Shown: positions 27,904 through 32,000 of the stretch, piece after piece
Layout of the letters: each line of letters starts with the position of its first letter
Numbering within the stretch: position 1 is the stretch's first letter
Source: Cylindrospermopsis raciborskii Cr2010
Lineage (GTDB): Bacteria > Cyanobacteriota > Cyanobacteriia > Cyanobacteriales > Nostocaceae
Direction of reading: 5' to 3'
DNA length: 32,000 nucleotides
Assembly (NCBI RefSeq): GCF_003367075.2
Contig: NZ_CP065936.1
Coordinates: forward strand, 930,001-962,000
Position numbers and translations under genes: made by a program
Notes under the pieces: generated by a model
Database searches by the model: none
Told to the model about the DNA's origin: nothing
What the model saw: the letters and a program-made list of their open reading frames with translations, nothing else

Positions 27904-29547
27904 TTAAAGGTCACAGTGTAAATCATTGGCTTTTTGGGTGAACCTACGATTTTCCCTATAGTCCACCCTACAATCTATCACGCTAGGAACATCTTGCACT
28001 AAGGCCTCTTTCAGGACGGGAATCAAATCAGTGGCTGAATCAACACGGTAACCCTTTAATCCCATGCTTTCTGCTAGTTTGACAAAGTCGGGATTGCCAA
28101 AATGCACAAAAGCTGCTTTACCCTTACCAAATTGATTTTCCTGTTTCCATTCGATTAGTCCATAGCCACCATCATTAAAAATTAGTGTGACAAACGGTGT
28201 GCCAACTCGCAATGCTGTTTCCAACTCTTGACAATTCATCATAAAACCGCCATCGCCGGTTACAGCCACAATTTTGCGGTTGGGATATACCAGCTTAGCC
28301 GCTAAAGCGCCGGGGATGGCAATTCCCATGGCCGCAAAACCATTGGATATAATACAAGTATTGGGACTATGACAATGGTAATGTCTAGCCATCCACATTT
28401 TGTGAGCCCCTACATCAGAAATAACAATGTCCTCTGGTCCCATGACCTGACGTAGATCATAAATTAATTTTTGTGGTTTAATAGGGAAACCATCATCCTG
28501 AGCATACTGTTCATAATCAGCTCGAATATTGCCCCTTAAACTAATAGCGTAAGGTTCCGGTTTACCATGTCTGTCAGCAATTTTTAAAATCTCATTTAGG
28601 GAATCAGAAATATCACCTATTACTTCTACCTGGGGAATATAACTACTATCAATTTCCGCTGCATCAGCTGCAATGTGAACAATGGGAATATTGCATTCCA
28701 TATTCCATTTTTTGGGAGAGAATTCAATTAAATCATAACCAATGGCTATGACCAAATCGGCGTGATCAAAACCGCAGGCAATAAAGTCTCTTTGTTGGAG
28801 TCCTACAGACCATAGGGCTAAAGGATGGGTGTAGGGGATGACACCTTTACCCATAAAAGTATTAACCACGGGAATATTCATTTGGGTGGCAAATTGGGTC
28901 ACAGCATCACTAGCTTGGGCGCGAATTGCCCCATTCCCTACTAAAATTATAGGGTTAATTGCCTGGGAAATCACCGCTGCTGCTGCACGAATACTGGCAA
29001 AAGCTGCGTAGGTTTTCTCTAGATTATCCTTTTGTAAGGGTTTACCTTCCGCTGGCATGGCCGCAATATTTTCCGGTAAATCGATGTGAACTGCTCCGGG
29101 TTTTTCTGTTTGCGATCGCTTGAAGGCTTTTCTGACTATTTCCGGTGTGATACTGGGTCTAACTATCTGTTTATTCCACTTAGTAACTGGAGCAAACATA
29201 GCCACTAAATCTAAATATTGGTGAGACTCAATGTGCATTCTATCTGTTCCCACCTGTCCGGTAATTGCCACTAATGGTGCGCCATCCAAGTTAGCATCCG
29301 CCACACCGGTCATGAGATTAGTAGCTCCAGGTCCTAGGGTAGAAAGACAGACCCCTGCTTTACCGGTTAATCTTCCATAAACGTCTGCCATGAATGCTGC
29401 GCCTTGTTCATGACGGGTGGTAATAAATTGAATAGAGGAGTTTTTGATAGCTTCTAAAACGTGAAGATTTTCTTCACCAGGTAAGCCAAAAACATACTCT
29501 ACACCTTCATTTTCTAAACACTTTACTAATAGTTCTGCTGTATTCAT
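27904..29547 (-). CDS. TPP-dependent 'acetolactate synthase-like' enzyme, probable 2-oxoglutarate decarboxylase
   Basis: MNTAELLVKCLENEGVEYVFGLPGEENL, TTRHEQGAAFMADVYGRLTG, GDGGFMMNCQELETALRVG...LIFNDGGYG (TPP binding). Adjacent to an SSADH-like gene. Track start 29580; MNTAELL at 29547 is more likely. Confidence 0.8.
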   Translation of the reverse strand: MNTAELLVKCLENEGVEYVFGLPGEENLHVLEAIKNSSIQFITTRHEQGAAFMADVYGRLTGKAGVCLSTLGPGATNLMTGVADANLDGAPLVAITGQVGTDRMHIESHQYLDLVAMFAPVTKWNKQIVRPSITPEIVRKAFKRSQTEKPGAVHIDLPENIAAMPAEGKPLQKDNLEKTYAAFASIRAAAAVISQAINPIILVGNGAIRAQASDAVTQFATQMNIPVVNTFMGKGVIPYTHPLALWSVGLQQRDFIACGFDHADLVIAIGYDLIEFSPKKWNMECNIPIVHIAADAAEIDSSYIPQVEVIGDISDSLNEILKIADRHGKPEPYAISLRGNIRADYEQYAQDDGFPIKPQKLIYDLRQVMGPEDIVISDVGAHKMWMARHYHCHSPNTCIISNGFAAMGIAIPGALAAKLVYPNRKIVAVTGDGGFMMNCQELETALRVGTPFVTLIFNDGGYGLIEWKQENQFGKGKAAFVHFGNPDFVKLAESMGLKGYRVDSATDLIPVLKEALVQDVPSVIDCRVDYRENRRFTQKANDLHCDL

Positions 29548-29583
29548 TGATTTTCCTTGAATTATATCACTACCAACCATTAA

Positions 29584-30966
29584 CTACTTAACCCAAACAG
29601 TCTTAATATTCACAAATTCGTGCATACCTTGAATACTTAATTCTCGACCATATCCAGAACGTTTAATTCCTCCAAATGGCAATCGGGGGTCTGATTTAAC
29701 CATGCCATTAATAAATACAGCTCCTGCTTCGATTTCTGTAATTAGCCGCTCCTGTTCTTGGAGATTATTTGTCCAAGCACTTGCACCTAATCCGAATGGT
29801 GTGTCATTAGCCAGTTTAATGGCTGCGTCTAGATCTGGAACTCGAAATAATAAGGCTACTGGACCAAAAAATTCTTCTTGAGCAATGGGATGATCTAGGG
29901 GAATATCTACAATAATAGTGGGTGGATAAAAGTTACCATGACCCTCTTTTATGGGATAACCACCTATAAGAATTTTACCTCCACTGGCTATGGCAATTTG
30001 CACTTGATTATCCAGGTCTGCCAAAATTTTGCTAGTTGCTAATGGTCCAATATCTGTGTCATCTGCTAAAGGATCTCCAATTTTCAAAGTTGCAAATTTT
30101 GCCAATAGCATTTCCTCAAATCTATCAGCTATAGCTTCAGCCACAATTAACCGTTTCGCCGCTATACATGACTGACCATTATTGATCAATCTTGCTGTAA
30201 CTGCGGTACTAACAGCTAATTCTAAATCCGCACTTTCTAACACTATGAATGGATCGCTTCCCCCTAATTCTAAAACAGTTTTTTTAATATGTTTACCAGA
30301 TGCAACTGCTAAGGACACACCCGCTGGTTCACTTCCCGTTAAGGTGGCAGCCTTAATGCGATTATCTCCCATTAAATCTGCTACTTGTGTGGCTGGAATT
30401 AATAAGGTTTGAAATACCCCTTGAGGAAAACCAGCACGATTAATAATCTCTTCTATAGATAGGGCGCATTGGGGAACATTAGATGCGTGTTTAAGTAATC
30501 CCACATTCCCCGCCATCAGCGCAGGTGCGGCAAACCGAAAAACTTGCCAAAAGGGAAAATTCCAGGGCATTACGGCTAGAATAACCCCCAATGGTTGATA
30601 TTTTACCAGACTGCGACTGGCATCGGTGCTAATACTCACGTCGGCCAAGAAGTTGGGTCCATGTTCGGCATAGTAGCGACAGACTAAAGCACATTTTTCC
30701 ACCTCAGCGATCGCAGATTTTAGAGTTTTACCCATTTCTAAGGTGATTAATTTCCCCAGATCGGTTTTTTCTCTTTCCAGAATATTGGCAGTTTCCAATA
30801 ACCAGTGCGATCGCTCTACAAAGTTTGTATGACGGTAATGTTGAAAAGTCTGACTTGCTAAATGCAGTTTAGCTTCAATTTCCTCATCTTTCAGAGGTAA
30901 AAAGACCTTGAGAGTTTCCCCAGTGGTAGGATTAATGGTAGCAATAGCCACTTCCTGACCTCCCAT
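29584..30966 (-). CDS. NAD(P)-dependent succinate-semialdehyde dehydrogenase-like aldehyde dehydrogenase
   Basis: KTVLELGGSDPFIVLESADLELAV, INNGQSCIAAKRLIVAE catalytic Cys region, QEEFFGPVALLFRV, FGGIKRSGYGRELSIQGMHEFVNIKTV. Confidence 0.9.
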   Translation of the reverse strand: MGGQEVAIATINPTTGETLKVFLPLKDEEIEAKLHLASQTFQHYRHTNFVERSHWLLETANILEREKTDLGKLITLEMGKTLKSAIAEVEKCALVCRYYAEHGPNFLADVSISTDASRSLVKYQPLGVILAVMPWNFPFWQVFRFAAPALMAGNVGLLKHASNVPQCALSIEEIINRAGFPQGVFQTLLIPATQVADLMGDNRIKAATLTGSEPAGVSLAVASGKHIKKTVLELGGSDPFIVLESADLELAVSTAVTARLINNGQSCIAAKRLIVAEAIADRFEEMLLAKFATLKIGDPLADDTDIGPLATSKILADLDNQVQIAIASGGKILIGGYPIKEGHGNFYPPTIIVDIPLDHPIAQEEFFGPVALLFRVPDLDAAIKLANDTPFGLGASAWTNNLQEQERLITEIEAGAVFINGMVKSDPRLPFGGIKRSGYGRELSIQGMHEFVNIKTVWVK

Positions 30967-31156
30967 AAAAAATTGCCTTAGGTTTTTTCTTAGTCTGACT
31001 TGACTCTATCACATAATCTAATATGGCAATTGAAAACTAGGAAACATTAATTAAAAATTTAAGTCTAGGTTTAAAAGAGAAATGGTAGATCACAATTAGG
31101 AACTACCATACATAAAACCTGATGGTTTGTTTAATATTAGAAGAATTTGCTTTTTG

Positions 31157-32000
31157 TCACTTCAAGTAATCTACGGGGTTCTTGGCAGTCCATCCCAAAT
31201 CCTCACTAGCACGAACTTCAAAGTGTAAATGTGGTTCCCTGGAACTGGGTTCTCCCGTAGCGCCTACAGTTCCCAACACTTGATTAATCTTAACTTGTTC
31301 ACCCAACTTTACTTTAATAGATTCTAACTGGGCATAACGGGTTTGCATTCCACCTTGATGGTTAATAATAACTAAGTTACCATAGCTACCTTGCTCCTTA
31401 GCAAAGACCACTACACCACTAGCAGTAGCGCGGACAGGAGTGCCCACTTCCGCTAATAAATCAATCCCACTGTGGAAAAAAACTTGATTAGTAATAGGAT
31501 GAATTTGCCAACCATAGGAAAAAGACACACCTGTAGAATTAGATATGGGCGATCCCATAGTGGTGACAGACCCAGCAGACCTAGATGCGGGTTTGACCTT
31601 GGATGAAGAGGGAACAAATACCACCGTAGGATTTTGTTGACAACCGTTCAGTTCAAATAGTGTATCTGGGCGAACCCTATACTTTTTAGCTATTTGTTGC
31701 CAACCCTGACCATTTGATACCTGCACCACCATGCCATCAAAAGGGGGAATTTGTAATTGAGTTCCTGGTGTAACCTGACCATTACTGATTAACGGATTCA
31801 TCTGTAAGATAGTAGCTGGCATTAGCTTATATCTCTCCGCTATAGTAACCAAGTTTTCACCTGGACTAACTTGATGTTTTTTAATGCGAGATAAAGCAGA
31901 AGTTGAACAATTTTCTACAGCACTGACACTTGGCAGGTTTAGGTTTGAGGGTATTAATGCCAAACTAGTGGTCAAGCCAAAAAGAAAAATTGAAGGACAG
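31157..32000 (-). CDS. LysM-domain M23 family peptidase, 5' end truncated by the window edge
   Basis: Two LysM-like repeats (SPGENLVTIAERYKLMPATILQMN; VSNGQGWQQIAKKYRVRPDTLFELNG) and the M23 core HSGIDLLAEVGTPV...GNLVIINH...HLHFEVR. The frame stays open past the track TTG start at 31975 to the edge (PSIFLFGLTTSLALIPS), so the real start is outside. Confidence 0.92.
   Translation of the reverse strand, partial: CPSIFLFGLTTSLALIPSNLNLPSVSAVENCSTSALSRIKKHQVSPGENLVTIAERYKLMPATILQMNPLISNGQVTPGTQLQIPPFDGMVVQVSNGQGWQQIAKKYRVRPDTLFELNGCQQNPTVVFVPSSSKVKPASRSAGSVTTMGSPISNSTGVSFSYGWQIHPITNQVFFHSGIDLLAEVGTPVRATASGVVVFAKEQGSYGNLVIINHQGGMQTRYAQLESIKVKLGEQVKINQVLGTVGATGEPSSREPHLHFEVRASEDLGWTAKNPVDYLK

Noticed and set aside
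31157-31975. Track TTG start at 31975 for the M23 peptidase
   Set aside because: The frame remains open up to base 32000 and reads like signal-peptide sequence, so the TTG is probably internal and the real start is outside the window.
1-32000. Search for a defence island, toxin-antitoxin pair, retron, prophage, CRISPR array or biosynthetic cluster
   Set aside because: No reverse transcriptase, nuclease-effector, phage structural, NRPS/PKS or repeat-spacer signature seen. The RecQ and the pentapeptide protein are common stand-alone cyanobacterial genes and give no support for a system.

Overview
The window looks like ordinary filamentous-cyanobacterial chromosome, probably Nostocales-like given psaE, lrtA, many HIP1 palindromes and the gene repertoire. 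It is dominated by housekeeping and metabolic genes: mraY, pyruvate dehydrogenase E2, long-chain acyl-CoA synthetase, recQ, a PrxQ-type peroxiredoxin, lrtA/hpf, lipB, cobU, glmS, mutM, psaE, leuD-leuC, murQ, amt, rsmE, a Rieske protein, a TPP-dependent 'acetolactate synthase-like' enzyme next to a succinate-semialdehyde dehydrogenase-like gene, and an edge-truncated LysM/M23 peptidase. One IS5-like insertion sequence sits at about 15110-16250. I saw no CRISPR array, defence island, prophage, biosynthetic cluster or rRNA. I do not see a clearly novel large system. The best second-look items are the 2-oxoglutarate-decarboxylase/SSADH pair with an adjacent Rieske gene, two tandem and apparently paralogous small membrane ORFs at 7068-7725 (the first split by a one-base frame problem at a G6 run), the structure and surroundings of the IS, and a dispersed palindromic repeat at about 399-459. 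Family names come from motif recognition only. No database search was run.
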